A stretch of 64,000 nucleotides of DNA. Origin: an uncultured Acidobacteriota bacterium (GTDB lineage Bacteria > Acidobacteriota > Blastocatellia > RBC074). A program made the position numbers and the translations under genes. This document shows, one piece after another, positions 18,600-28,819 of the stretch. The stretch's first letter is position 1. Each line of letters starts with the position of its first letter. The stretch is from the NCBI GenBank assembly GCA_963796275.1, contig CAWCKY010000006.1:1728001-1792000 (forward strand), in the 5' to 3' direction. A model generated the notes under the pieces. That model saw only the letters and a list, made by a program, of their open reading frames with translations. It had not been told where the DNA came from and did not search any database.

Positions 18600-18897
18600 G
18601 GCTGCTCTTTGCTCGATCAGACAGAATGGAATTGCGCCTGAGCGATGTTTCGCTGAGTAAGGTGTGGTGTGTGCGGTAACCGGTTGACCGCCGAGTTAAC
18701 GGGATTAGCGGCAGCGCGGAGGCTGCTGGTAATATCCTAAACCACGGATCATCATTCGCTCACCCATCGTATCGGGGAAAATCAGTGATCAATTCCCGAG
18801 CAGTTAGTATTTACTCCCATAACACATTCATTTGGGAAACCCGGCATGTCGCTGGCGATAACAGCCGCCGCAAGACATGCCATTGAAGAGGTAGTGA
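18600..18897 (+). ncRNA. Candidate structured 5' leader of the subtilase gene
   Basis: At least five consecutive inverted repeats, including GGCATGTC/GACATGCC just before the RBS. Retained in copy 2 (~29540-29835). Confidence 0.4.
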
Positions 18898-21800
18898 ATG
18901 CGAAGACAACATCTCCCCATCCTGACGGTATCGGCCTTTGGCTTAATCGCTATCTCTATCATCCTGGCTGGAGCCTGGGAGATTCTTCCCGGAGCGCTCT
19001 CGCAAACCCCGGCTAACTCCGCGCAAGAGCAAGTCTCGCCCGCCGAACTCGCGGGGGCCGTCGCAGAGCAGAGACTGGCCGCCGCACTGCTGACCCGCAG
19101 CGCCTCATTCGACGAAAGATTCAACAAATTGAGCGAGAGAGCGCTGAGGAAGGGAACCGTGCCGTTGATTGTCAGGGTGCGGGCCGCGTTTCAGCCCGAA
19201 GGCCAACTTTTGAATGCGGCACAACGATTGGCGCAGCGCAGCGTAATCCAAGAAGCGCAGGAGCGATTGCTGGCCGAGCTAAGGTACGTGCCGTCATCGC
19301 TCAAGAGATATAAATATATTCCTTACCTTGCGGCGGTGGTCGATACCGCAGGCCTGGCACAGCTCCAATCATCGGGCAATGCGTTGGAAGTGATCGAGGA
19401 CAGGTCGCTGAAATTGACCACGGGGGATAGCCTTCCGCTGGTAGGAGCGACAACGTCCTGGGCCGGCGGATATACGGGGAACAATAAGACTATCGCCATC
19501 CTCGACAGCGGTGTGGACAAGACACATCCGGATTTAACAGGCAAGGTCGTCTCCGAAGCATGTTACTCCACCGGCAATCTGACAGATTACGAATCTCTTT
19601 GCCCGGGCGGAGGTCCATCTTCCACAGCGGTAGGCTCCGGAATTCCGTGTACCGATGTGCCCGGCCTGGTGGGCGGCTGCTACCACGGAACCCATATCGC
19701 GGGAACGGCGGCAGGGCGAACGGGTGTCGCCATTAACGCGAACATCATCTCCATTCAGGTAATGTCACATGTTACCGATCAGTTTGAATGCGGCAACGAG
19801 AGTTGTCTGCGAGCGAAAACCTCCGACACTTTGCTTGCCCTGGAGCGCGTTTATGAACTGAGCAGTAACCCCACATACAATATCGCTGCGGTTAATATCA
19901 GTCTGGTGACCGACGCCCCCATGGAAAAATATAGTGACCACTGCGACGAGGTAGACAGCTCGCTTACGGCCATTATCAATCAGCTGAAGTCGGTGGGGAT
20001 CGCCACGGTAGTCGCAGCCGGCAATTATGGCTTTACAGACGGTCTAAGTTTTCCCGCCTGTATCTCATCCGTCATCAACGTCGCCGCCACGGGGGACGGC
20101 AGCAGTTCAGGGACGACTACAGATAGGGTGATTCCCGATTCAAACAGTGCTGATTTTCTCAAGCTGCTTGCCCCCGGCGGCGCCATCACCGCGCCCATAC
20201 CGGGCGGCGGATACGCTACCGGAGTGGGCACTTCGCAGGCGGCGGCTCACGTGTCGGGAGCCATGGCCTTACTAAGGCAAGAACTTCCCATCGGTGCTAA
20301 TAATACTGTTTGGTTTGATGATGGCTTGCCTGCGGGCGCCACGCCGTGGCCTGCCGACACTGCGACTGGAGGCGTGGTTGAATCATGGAACTGGGTGACG
20401 GCAAATCCGGCGCCAAACTCCGGAACTCAGTCACATCAATCGTCCGTGGCGCCAGGGATACGACAACATTACTTTATGGGCGCTACATCTAGGTTACAGG
20501 TAGGGACAGGAGAAATGCTCTATGCCTGGGTCTATCTTGATCCGGCAAGTATGCCTTCTGAAATAATGCTCCAATGGAATGACGGTGCGAGCTGGGAGCA
20601 TCGAGCATATTGGGGGGCGAATATCATAGGTTGGGGTCAAGATGGAACACCAGCGCGGATAAATATGGGGAGGCTGCCGGAAGCTGGGAGATGGATCAAG
20701 TTGGTAGTTCCCGCTCATGCGGTTGGGTTGGAAGGTGTAGCAGTAAATGGAATGGCATTTTCACAATATGGAGGGCGAGTGGCATGGGATCAGACGGGAA
20801 AAGCCTCCGCGTCAGTTGACGATTTACTGACTCTATTAAGAAGCACTGGCGTGCCAGTGACAGATACACGCCCTGACGCAAATAATCGCTCTGTGCCGCG
20901 GATCAGAATCGGCGCGGCCATGGGTGTAAATCCGCCGGATGAAAGTTGGCTGGTGGCATATTTCAATAATCCCGATTTGACGGGAGAGCCGACAGCGCGG
21001 GGAACCGACGGCATGGGATTCATCGACCGTGATTTTCAGGGCATCAGCCCTGCACCTGGAATCGATACTACGGACTACTCGATCCGCTGGACTCGCAACC
21101 TCACACTCACTCAAGGACTCTATCGCTTCTCGCTTACTGCCGACGATGGGGCGAAGCTCTACATCGACGATGTATCGCAGATTAATGAATGGTCTAATAA
21201 GACGATGGCGACCAGCTATCACGTAGATGTGAGTTTGTCTGCAGGCACGCACCGGATTAGATTGGAATATTACCAGGCTGAGAGTGATGCGAAGGTGCGC
21301 TTGAGATGGGCGTTATTTAACCCTACCTGCTCGCAGACAGTAGCGGCTGATCGATGGAAGGGTGAGTATTACAACAATATAAATCTGGCTGGCAACCCAG
21401 CGATGGTGCGCGATGACCTCAGCGGCAATCCGTTCGGCTTTGATTGGGAGGGCGGGCCTAATACCACCTGCAATATGATATTTGGCGATTGGTTCTCTGT
21501 TCGCTGGACTCGGGCGGTTGACTTTGCGGCAGGCCGGTATCGCTTCACGTTCACTAATATAGATGACGGATTCAGGCTTAAAATTGGCGGTCAACTGCTG
21601 ATCGATCGGTGGTTTGATGCGGCAGGGACGCATGTGGTTGATGTAGATCTTCCCGCGGGCAATCGCACAATCGAATTTGAGTATTACGAGAAGGGAGGCG
21701 TTGCGAGAGCCAACGTTTCCTGGTGTCTCTTCCAGACCGGCATTGTCGTCGTAAGTCCCGGCGTATACCTGACGCCACCCGGCCCGGACCATTCGGCAGT

Positions 21801-22269
21801 TACTTCGCCGTCGAACACAGGACACGGGGCAACAATGGTTACCTCCGCTTCGTCAAGTCAGGGGAAGAGTTGCCAGTGGTATGCGTTTCAGGCTGTCAGC
21901 GGGCTGATCAAAAAGATCACTCTTAAATTCGATTGGTCTATCAACGGAAGTGTCAGCACGGACGCCCCGCTCGGCAGCGGCGCGCATGCCTTCGCTTCAT
22001 TCAATGTCCAATACAAGACCGGTAGCGAGGTTTTTTTTGCAGTCAGTAAAATTGAAAGCAGTTTCATTTATCTTGGCCCCGGTGGGGAGTTTAAGCCATT
22101 CAACGATTCCGGCTCAGTCAGTGTCGATCTGTCGGCCAGCACGCCGATAAATCAGATTATTGTTTTTGACATATCATACGCGACGGCATCAAGTGGCACC
22201 GGCTCCGCGAACATGACCGCGACGGTCTCAAACATCCGCCTCGAAGTCGAGAGGGAGCTTTGCCATTGA
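18898..22269 (+). CDS. Secreted S8 subtilase: prodomain, inserted domain, two PA14 domains, beta-rich C-terminal domain
   Basis: Catalytic triad ILDSG, HGTHIAG, GTSQAA. N-terminal hydrophobic segment. PA14 motifs YSIRWT...ADDG and FSVRWT...IDDG. Confidence 0.9.
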   Translation: MRRQHLPILTVSAFGLIAISIILAGAWEILPGALSQTPANSAQEQVSPAELAGAVAEQRLAAALLTRSASFDERFNKLSERALRKGTVPLIVRVRAAFQPEGQLLNAAQRLAQRSVIQEAQERLLAELRYVPSSLKRYKYIPYLAAVVDTAGLAQLQSSGNALEVIEDRSLKLTTGDSLPLVGATTSWAGGYTGNNKTIAILDSGVDKTHPDLTGKVVSEACYSTGNLTDYESLCPGGGPSSTAVGSGIPCTDVPGLVGGCYHGTHIAGTAAGRTGVAINANIISIQVMSHVTDQFECGNESCLRAKTSDTLLALERVYELSSNPTYNIAAVNISLVTDAPMEKYSDHCDEVDSSLTAIINQLKSVGIATVVAAGNYGFTDGLSFPACISSVINVAATGDGSSSGTTTDRVIPDSNSADFLKLLAPGGAITAPIPGGGYATGVGTSQAAAHVSGAMALLRQELPIGANNTVWFDDGLPAGATPWPADTATGGVVESWNWVTANPAPNSGTQSHQSSVAPGIRQHYFMGATSRLQVGTGEMLYAWVYLDPASMPSEIMLQWNDGASWEHRAYWGANIIGWGQDGTPARINMGRLPEAGRWIKLVVPAHAVGLEGVAVNGMAFSQYGGRVAWDQTGKASASVDDLLTLLRSTGVPVTDTRPDANNRSVPRIRIGAAMGVNPPDESWLVAYFNNPDLTGEPTARGTDGMGFIDRDFQGISPAPGIDTTDYSIRWTRNLTLTQGLYRFSLTADDGAKLYIDDVSQINEWSNKTMATSYHVDVSLSAGTHRIRLEYYQAESDAKVRLRWALFNPTCSQTVAADRWKGEYYNNINLAGNPAMVRDDLSGNPFGFDWEGGPNTTCNMIFGDWFSVRWTRAVDFAAGRYRFTFTNIDDGFRLKIGGQLLIDRWFDAAGTHVVDVDLPAGNRTIEFEYYEKGGVARANVSWCLFQTGIVVVSPGVYLTPPGPDHSAVTSPSNTGHGATMVTSASSSQGKSCQWYAFQAVSGLIKKITLKFDWSINGSVSTDAPLGSGAHAFASFNVQYKTGSEVFFAVSKIESSFIYLGPGGEFKPFNDSGSVSVDLSASTPINQIIVFDISYATASSGTGSANMTATVSNIRLEVERELCH

Positions 22270-22787
22270 TAACGTTGCCGGAGACCGGCAGAAGGAAGGG
22301 TGTTACTTTCAACAATACTCTCGCGGTCAAGTCAGCAATGCAGATCATCCCGCAGCGGTATCTCTACCAGAAACCGTACCGGAGAAATTCGCGCCGGCTG
22401 ATACCAACAAACTATCGGGTCAACAATCGAGAATGCTGCTGCCGCCTGGATCTGACGCCGGCGCGAAGGCCACCTTGCCAAAGCCGAAAAGAGAGAAGCG
22501 CACCACCGGCCTTGCAGATATTCTCTTAACCTAAGGGGTCAGCTTCTAGATTCGCTAGCTGATAGGCGACGTCAGATGAAGCTCTGCCCTCTGTGCTGTA
22601 GAGAGGCGATTGGTGTAACAAATGCACGCAGACTGTTATTGATTCTGTAGCAAAGCGCACAGAGATCGATTGGAGTTAGATGGTAATTCGCTCGACAATT
22701 TCGCGAGCAATCATATTTTTACCGTGAATCAGCACATCATTCCAGCTCAGGGGTATGATTGATGCAAAATTCACTAGGGGTAACCTC

Positions 22788-25700
22788 ATGTTCAACTCAT
22801 TTACCGCCGTCGCGATTCGTCATTTAGTTCCATGCAATCTGTTGCTCATAACACTGGCAGCACTGCAAACCATATGTTTGGCGCAAGCCCCGAACGGTAA
22901 GCAGTACACATCGACGATGAACGATCTGAATGAGCGAGCCAATGTCGAAGTAGATCCATCATCGCTGGGGTTAAATATCAGCATCTCGTTGGCCGACTTC
23001 CCCGGACGTGGGGTGAGCCTGCCAGTCACGCTGCGCTACTCGTCGAAGATATGGCAGATCAAGCACAACGGGACAAACATCAACCCCGGCGACGGCAATA
23101 TTTCCGAGTACACCCTCTCTGGTGTGTGGTATACCGGCACTCGAGCGGGCTGGACCTCGAGCCTTACTGTTCCTTATATCGAATTCACCGGGCAGACGGA
23201 GCCCTTTATTGCCAGGTTCAATCTCGCCAACCGCGACCTGGCTGCTCCCGACGACGGGAATGCCTGGGATTACGCATTCCCACCTCGAGTTGAAGGTAAC
23301 TCAACTCCTCTTATGTATTCCGCCAACCGCGCGATACTACGAATGCCCGATGGTTCATCACACGAAATGCGACAAGATGATTTGGTCCATTTCGGCACCG
23401 TCGGTGGCCCAGTAAACAGGATCTATTATGCAGCGGACGGCTCCCGCATAAAGTACGATCCAACCAGTCAAGTAGTTTTTTTGCCCGACGGCTCTCGCTA
23501 TCTACTGAACACGGCCAATGGGGCGCAATACATTGATCGCAACGGCAACACGCTGAACTACAACTCCAATACCAGCGAGTGGACAGATACGCTCGGACGA
23601 GTAATTCCAGACCCTCTGGGCGGCAGCAGCGGTAGCGACTATCACTGGACAGTGCCCACGGCACAAGGCGGGACTGCAACCTACATCTTCCGCTGGAGAT
23701 TACTCAGCGAATCGTTAACGGACACTACTCAGCCTCTGCACTATATTGGCCCAGTCATGATGAAATTTTCTGGTGGATATCCATTTATCGAGTCAGTTCC
23801 CGGGCCATCCTTGTTTGGCGAATCTTCCCTTGGGTTAGGGGCGGACCGCCCTGCCTATGTCCTCGCGCTGCGCTTCTCTCCCGGTCCGCCCGAATTGTTC
23901 AATCCCGGTGTGCTCTCTGAGATCGAACTGCCGAACGGTCAGAAGTATAGATTCACCTACAACGTATACGCTGAGTTGGACAAAATATATTTACCGACGG
24001 GAGGTTACAAGAGATATCGCTATAACCGTGTGCCGGCCTCGGACCTCGACAATCAGTCGCTCGCCTATTCGCAGGCCAATCGCGGTGTGGTCGAGGGGAT
24101 AGAGAGTGTTACGGGCAAACCGCAAGATGAGACACCCCCGTGGACCTTTCAACCCGCGAGCCTAGGTACTGCCAACGTTACGGCGACCAACCCCGACGGG
24201 TCGTTTGTGCGGAGGTACATTCATGAGCGGGATGCACTCAACAATATGTTTAACGCCAGCCCACGCGAAGCGATTGCCGGGAGGATTTATGACGAGGAGT
24301 TCCACTCAGCATCAGGGCAAATGCTCAGGCGCATCCTGACGAACTGGGTTTATACTGGTCCCCAGCATCTCCCACCCATCCCTCACGCCCAAGAGCCTAT
24401 CGGTATGGATTGGACCTCACGAGACGCTCGCGTGACGCGAAAAGTGGAAATCTTGCTCGATACTTCTGGCAATGCCTTGGCAAAGGCAACTGAGTATCTC
24501 TATGACAACGATCTGAATGTCGCCAGCACAAAATATTATGATTATGTCTCTATCAGCAAGTCTACTGGGCAGTCCGCTCCGATTGGTTCGATTCCGAATG
24601 GTGCCCTGTTGAAAACGGAAGAGACCACATATCTGGTCAACGACGCTTCTATCGCGCAAACTACTCGGGATGCTTACCGGGCACGTCACTTGACTGCTCT
24701 TCCGTCGAAGACCCTTGTCAGAGATAGCTCAAATGCTGTCGTCGCCGCGACAGAGTACAAATATGACGAGAGCGCCTTTCCGCTCACCACCTACTCTGCT
24801 GTTTCCGGCTGGAGCGATCCGCAAACTCCTTTCCGAGGCAACGTCACGACCATTCGCCGGTGGCTAGACAATAATCATCCCTGGGGAGGTTGGACAAGCG
24901 GGACATGGATAGAGACTCACACTTGGTACGATCAGTGCGGCAATGCCATCAAAGTCAGAGATGCAAATAACAATGATACCATAATAAGTTATGAGGATAA
25001 TTTCTACGACTTTCCGCCGCAGAACTCCCATGCCTACCCTACTAGCGTGACAACAGCAGGGCCAGCGCACACGACTTTTACTAAGCATGATTTCAACTCC
25101 GGTTTAGTAAGAGAAGTGACTGATCCCAATAATATCAAGACCAGATACGATTACAATGATTCTTTTAATCGATTGACCAGGATGGTTCGTGCAGAAGGCA
25201 CGATCGTGGAGAATCAAACGACGATTCAATATGAGGATTACAGTCGCATTGCTACAACCACCAGCGATCGTAACAGTTTTGATGATAATATACTCAAAAG
25301 TCAATTAGTCTATGATGGGTTTGGGCGCACTATCGAATCGCGGCAGTACGAAACTGGATCGTCCTACATCGCAATCAACACTATTTATGACGTGCTCGGC
25401 AGCGTGTCGCAGGTATCGAACCCTCGCCGGTCGGGCGATCCTTTATGGACAACAACTGAGTATGACGCGCTCGGCCGTGTGATCAGAGTAACCACTCCCG
25501 ATGGCGCGCAGGTCATTACTCAATATAGCGGCAACCAGGTGACGGTCACCGATCAGGCCGGCAAGAGTCGCCGCAGCAAAACCGACGCGCTCGGCAGAAT
25601 GACTGAAGTGACTGAAAACCCGGGCGGACTGAGTTACCTGACAACATATGAATATGACACACTGAATAATCTACTCAAGGTGAAGCAAGGGCTGCAGGTT

Positions 25701-28127
25701 AGAAATTTTGCCTACGATTCTGTATCCCGCTTGATTTCCGCGACCAATCCGGAGAGCGGCACGATTACCTACGCCTATGATCCTAACGGCAATCTCTTAG
25801 AGAAGACGGACGCTCGCGAAGTTAAAACGACGATGACCTACGATGAGCTCAATCGGATGAGGACAACGACTTATTCCGCAACCACCCCTGAAGGAGAGCT
25901 GGTGGCTAATGCGACACCTCCGGTCTCTTATTTCTATGACGATTACTCTACATTGCCGGGCGGGGGACCGACCTGGCCAACCTGGTCGTGCGGAGGGCAG
26001 ACTCTCCCAAACAATCCGGTGAAGGGCAGGGTGATCGGCGTCACTTACGGAACTGGGTCTGATGGAACCTATTATCGGTACGATGCCGCCGGCAGAATAA
26101 TTGGCAACCTCCAACGTATGGGGACACCCAACTTTGTTACAAGGTATGCCTACAATCTTGCAGACGCCGTCCTTGAGGAGTGCAGGGGGTATTCAAGTGC
26201 AACAAGGGCTGCTGTTAGAAATATGTCCACATATGACGATGCCGGTCGCCTGACAGATATGCGGACATCGTTCAACCCTCACACAACCTCTAAATACTTA
26301 GTAGAAGGTATAAGTTATACTCCGTTCGGCGCGCTGCAAACGGAGAACTACGGCAACGGTCTGATTCATTCGATTGGCTATAATAATCGACTACAACCGA
26401 CAGAGATTAGGCTGGGCACGCCGGGCAATCCGGAGTCCGTTTTCACCATCTACAATCTATACGGAACCGCAGCCAATCCGAACGTCCAGGACTCGGGGAT
26501 TACGCTCGCTCAGAACAACGGCAACCTGGCCAGGACCAAGTACGTTATCAGCGGGGCACTGAAATATTCGCAGACGTTTCAATACGATCCGGTGAACCGG
26601 CTCAAATACGCGGTCGAACACAACAACGGCACTTACACCGATGCGGCGCGCGCCTGGTACCAGACCTTCGAATACGATTTTGCGGGTAATCGCGGGATAA
26701 ACAGGGCAAGCACGTCGGACAATGTAGATGGCGCAAACAGCGCCTTGCAGAAGGCCGAGTTCAGTGAGGTGAACAATCGCATCACTCACGCCGACTACCA
26801 CTACGACGTTGCCGGAAATCTTACCGGAGAACCCGGAAAGCGTTATACTTACGATGCATTTAACAGACTTGTCACTGCCGAGGTGGTCGGTGGAGCAACG
26901 AGCCAATACGTATACGACGGCAATGGCCGGCGAGTGAAAAAGACAGTCAGTGGAGTGGGCACGAGATTCGAATATGGCGCGGGGGGCGAACTGATTGCGG
27001 AGCGGAATGATGCTGGTGTTGTGACAACCTGGTATTATTACCGGAACGGCGAGTTATTAGCTACCTCAGAGAACGGAACAATGCATAAGTACGCGGCATC
27101 CGATCACCTGGGATCGCCGCGAGCGTGGACGGATGAAGTTGGGAGCCTGACCGAGGGCGGGCGTCACGATTACTTACCCTTCGGTGAAGAGCTCGGAATT
27201 GGGGTTGGGATCAGAAGCGCGAGCATTGGTTATGGCGGCGATTCAGTACGCCAGAAGTTTACTGGATATGAGCATGACGATGAAACTGGACTGGAATTCG
27301 CACAGGCAAGGTATTACGCGAGTGTGCAAGGGAGATTCACAAGCACAGACGAATTCAAAGGCGGACCGGATGAGTTATGGGTGTTAGGAAGCGGAGACCC
27401 GGAAAAGCAAGCGCTCGTGTATGCCAACATCAATATCCCACAATCGCTGAACAAGTATCAGTACTGCTTTAATAACCCCTTGAGATATGTGGACCCAGAT
27501 GGCCAGAATCCCCAAGATGGAGGGCGCGGGCGTGCTGAAGAGCGAGATGTCATGGCTCTTGCAGCGGGTAAGATTTCTCCAGAGGAGTTTAAAAAACGCC
27601 AGCAAGAAAGAGTTTATTATGAGGGAGTTGGTGCGGTAATAGGCATAGGCATCGTTGTGGCTCCAAATGCTACTATGGCATCTCTGGCGTGGATGCTGAG
27701 GAACCCCGCCACAGTACTTAGGTCGGCTGACACGGCAGCTCAATTACTGGAGGGAAATCCTGCATCGCTTCGGATGGGAACGCTTACGATTGCTGCGAGG
27801 ACTGGTCTTAATGCGGCTGAAGTCAGCACTGGTGCTCGGTTGGCAAAACAGATCGGCGGGCGGCTTGTCGAGAGTGCACATGTCGGTGCAGATTTCGTTG
27901 ATGCCGTTACCAAGAAGACATTTGATGCTATGGGGACTCCAGACGCATACAAGTATTTTGGCTCTGGCAAAAAATTCTTTGAGTCGATTGTGCATCACGT
28001 GAATAAGTCAGTTGATCACGTCGCCATTGACTTGATGGGAGCGTCGAAGGTCCAGATTAAGGCCATCAAGGGATTCGTAAGCGGCCTGACCAAGGAGCAG
28101 CAAGGTAAGATCATATACATCGAATAG
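22788..28127 (+). CDS. RHS/YD-repeat polymorphic toxin with a signal peptide; C-terminal PD-(D/E)xK-like nuclease
   Basis: YD repeats. Core motifs DHLGSPR, YLPFGE, KFTGYEHDDETGL, ARYY, NNPLRYVDPDG. About 205-aa extension after DPDG. Start is 22755 or 22788. Confidence 0.92.
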   Translation: MFNSFTAVAIRHLVPCNLLLITLAALQTICLAQAPNGKQYTSTMNDLNERANVEVDPSSLGLNISISLADFPGRGVSLPVTLRYSSKIWQIKHNGTNINPGDGNISEYTLSGVWYTGTRAGWTSSLTVPYIEFTGQTEPFIARFNLANRDLAAPDDGNAWDYAFPPRVEGNSTPLMYSANRAILRMPDGSSHEMRQDDLVHFGTVGGPVNRIYYAADGSRIKYDPTSQVVFLPDGSRYLLNTANGAQYIDRNGNTLNYNSNTSEWTDTLGRVIPDPLGGSSGSDYHWTVPTAQGGTATYIFRWRLLSESLTDTTQPLHYIGPVMMKFSGGYPFIESVPGPSLFGESSLGLGADRPAYVLALRFSPGPPELFNPGVLSEIELPNGQKYRFTYNVYAELDKIYLPTGGYKRYRYNRVPASDLDNQSLAYSQANRGVVEGIESVTGKPQDETPPWTFQPASLGTANVTATNPDGSFVRRYIHERDALNNMFNASPREAIAGRIYDEEFHSASGQMLRRILTNWVYTGPQHLPPIPHAQEPIGMDWTSRDARVTRKVEILLDTSGNALAKATEYLYDNDLNVASTKYYDYVSISKSTGQSAPIGSIPNGALLKTEETTYLVNDASIAQTTRDAYRARHLTALPSKTLVRDSSNAVVAATEYKYDESAFPLTTYSAVSGWSDPQTPFRGNVTTIRRWLDNNHPWGGWTSGTWIETHTWYDQCGNAIKVRDANNNDTIISYEDNFYDFPPQNSHAYPTSVTTAGPAHTTFTKHDFNSGLVREVTDPNNIKTRYDYNDSFNRLTRMVRAEGTIVENQTTIQYEDYSRIATTTSDRNSFDDNILKSQLVYDGFGRTIESRQYETGSSYIAINTIYDVLGSVSQVSNPRRSGDPLWTTTEYDALGRVIRVTTPDGAQVITQYSGNQVTVTDQAGKSRRSKTDALGRMTEVTENPGGLSYLTTYEYDTLNNLLKVKQGLQVRNFAYDSVSRLISATNPESGTITYAYDPNGNLLEKTDAREVKTTMTYDELNRMRTTTYSATTPEGELVANATPPVSYFYDDYSTLPGGGPTWPTWSCGGQTLPNNPVKGRVIGVTYGTGSDGTYYRYDAAGRIIGNLQRMGTPNFVTRYAYNLADAVLEECRGYSSATRAAVRNMSTYDDAGRLTDMRTSFNPHTTSKYLVEGISYTPFGALQTENYGNGLIHSIGYNNRLQPTEIRLGTPGNPESVFTIYNLYGTAANPNVQDSGITLAQNNGNLARTKYVISGALKYSQTFQYDPVNRLKYAVEHNNGTYTDAARAWYQTFEYDFAGNRGINRASTSDNVDGANSALQKAEFSEVNNRITHADYHYDVAGNLTGEPGKRYTYDAFNRLVTAEVVGGATSQYVYDGNGRRVKKTVSGVGTRFEYGAGGELIAERNDAGVVTTWYYYRNGELLATSENGTMHKYAASDHLGSPRAWTDEVGSLTEGGRHDYLPFGEELGIGVGIRSASIGYGGDSVRQKFTGYEHDDETGLEFAQARYYASVQGRFTSTDEFKGGPDELWVLGSGDPEKQALVYANINIPQSLNKYQYCFNNPLRYVDPDGQNPQDGGRGRAEERDVMALAAGKISPEEFKKRQQERVYYEGVGAVIGIGIVVAPNATMASLAWMLRNPATVLRSADTAAQLLEGNPASLRMGTLTIAARTGLNAAEVSTGARLAKQIGGRLVESAHVGADFVDAVTKKTFDAMGTPDAYKYFGSGKKFFESIVHHVNKSVDHVAIDLMGASKVQIKAIKGFVSGLTKEQQGKIIYIE

Positions 28128-28138
28128 AAGGAAACATT

Positions 28139-28522
28139 ATGGGCGGGGTAATAAGTTTTTCAAGTAAGACCGAAGAAGTTTGGGGTGTTGTTGCAGGGTG
28201 GGCCTACCGGCAAGTGATGGACGACGTAATTTCTCAGTATCCGGGAGATTCGGAAATGGCCGGCATATTCGCCGAGGCAAAGGCCATTGGCGGCCTTCAT
28301 CTCTATTTGCTGGAGCCAGAGATTGCAGTCAGGATCAAGAGAGGCATCTGGCAAGTGGCGACAGGCATCCTGTCCGGAACGATCCGATCGGGTATTCACG
28401 ACCAACCTTATGGTGACACGAGAACCATCGAACAGTACCGAGAGGTATTACAAGAATTACTGGAAACCTTTCCCCCGGCTTGGAGAGAGGAACGTGATTC
28501 TGAGCAAAGTCCGCCGCACTGA
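28139..28522 (+). CDS. Probable cognate immunity protein (cytoplasmic)
   Basis: 127-aa acidic ORF 11 nt after the RHS stop, with an AAGGA RBS and no signal peptide. Function inferred from position. Confidence 0.7.
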   Translation: MGGVISFSSKTEEVWGVVAGWAYRQVMDDVISQYPGDSEMAGIFAEAKAIGGLHLYLLEPEIAVRIKRGIWQVATGILSGTIRSGIHDQPYGDTRTIEQYREVLQELLETFPPAWREERDSEQSPPH

Positions 28523-28819
28523 ATAGTTACCTTTGCAGGCCCACATTAACGACATCAAAGAACAACCACTTTCACGTGAAGAGAAGGCTAGAAATGATGC
28601 TGAAGAGGCACACTTTTCTCAAGCACCCACTACATAAACAGGGGGAAAAGGAAAGGTCATCTGATAATGGTTTTATGTTCGCGGGCCAATGTGCTAGTGA
28701 AAGCGGTTGCTCAGCGCGAACATAACATAAAACGGCATTATCGGACCCGAACAAGGTGCTTGATATGGTAAAGCACCTGACAAACATGAAAGAATGAAAT
28801 GCTCATAAGAGCATGTGGA

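Larger units (their letters stand above)
17510..20990 (+). repeat. Long direct repeat, copy 1 (leader-ECF-leader-S8 core)
   Basis: Aligns with ~28820-31928. The S8 region is near-identical at an offset of 10938. Confidence 0.92.

Noticed and set aside
28523-28800. Possible orphan toxin/immunity remnant after the immunity gene
   Set aside because: AT-richer sequence but no frame with a recognisable motif.
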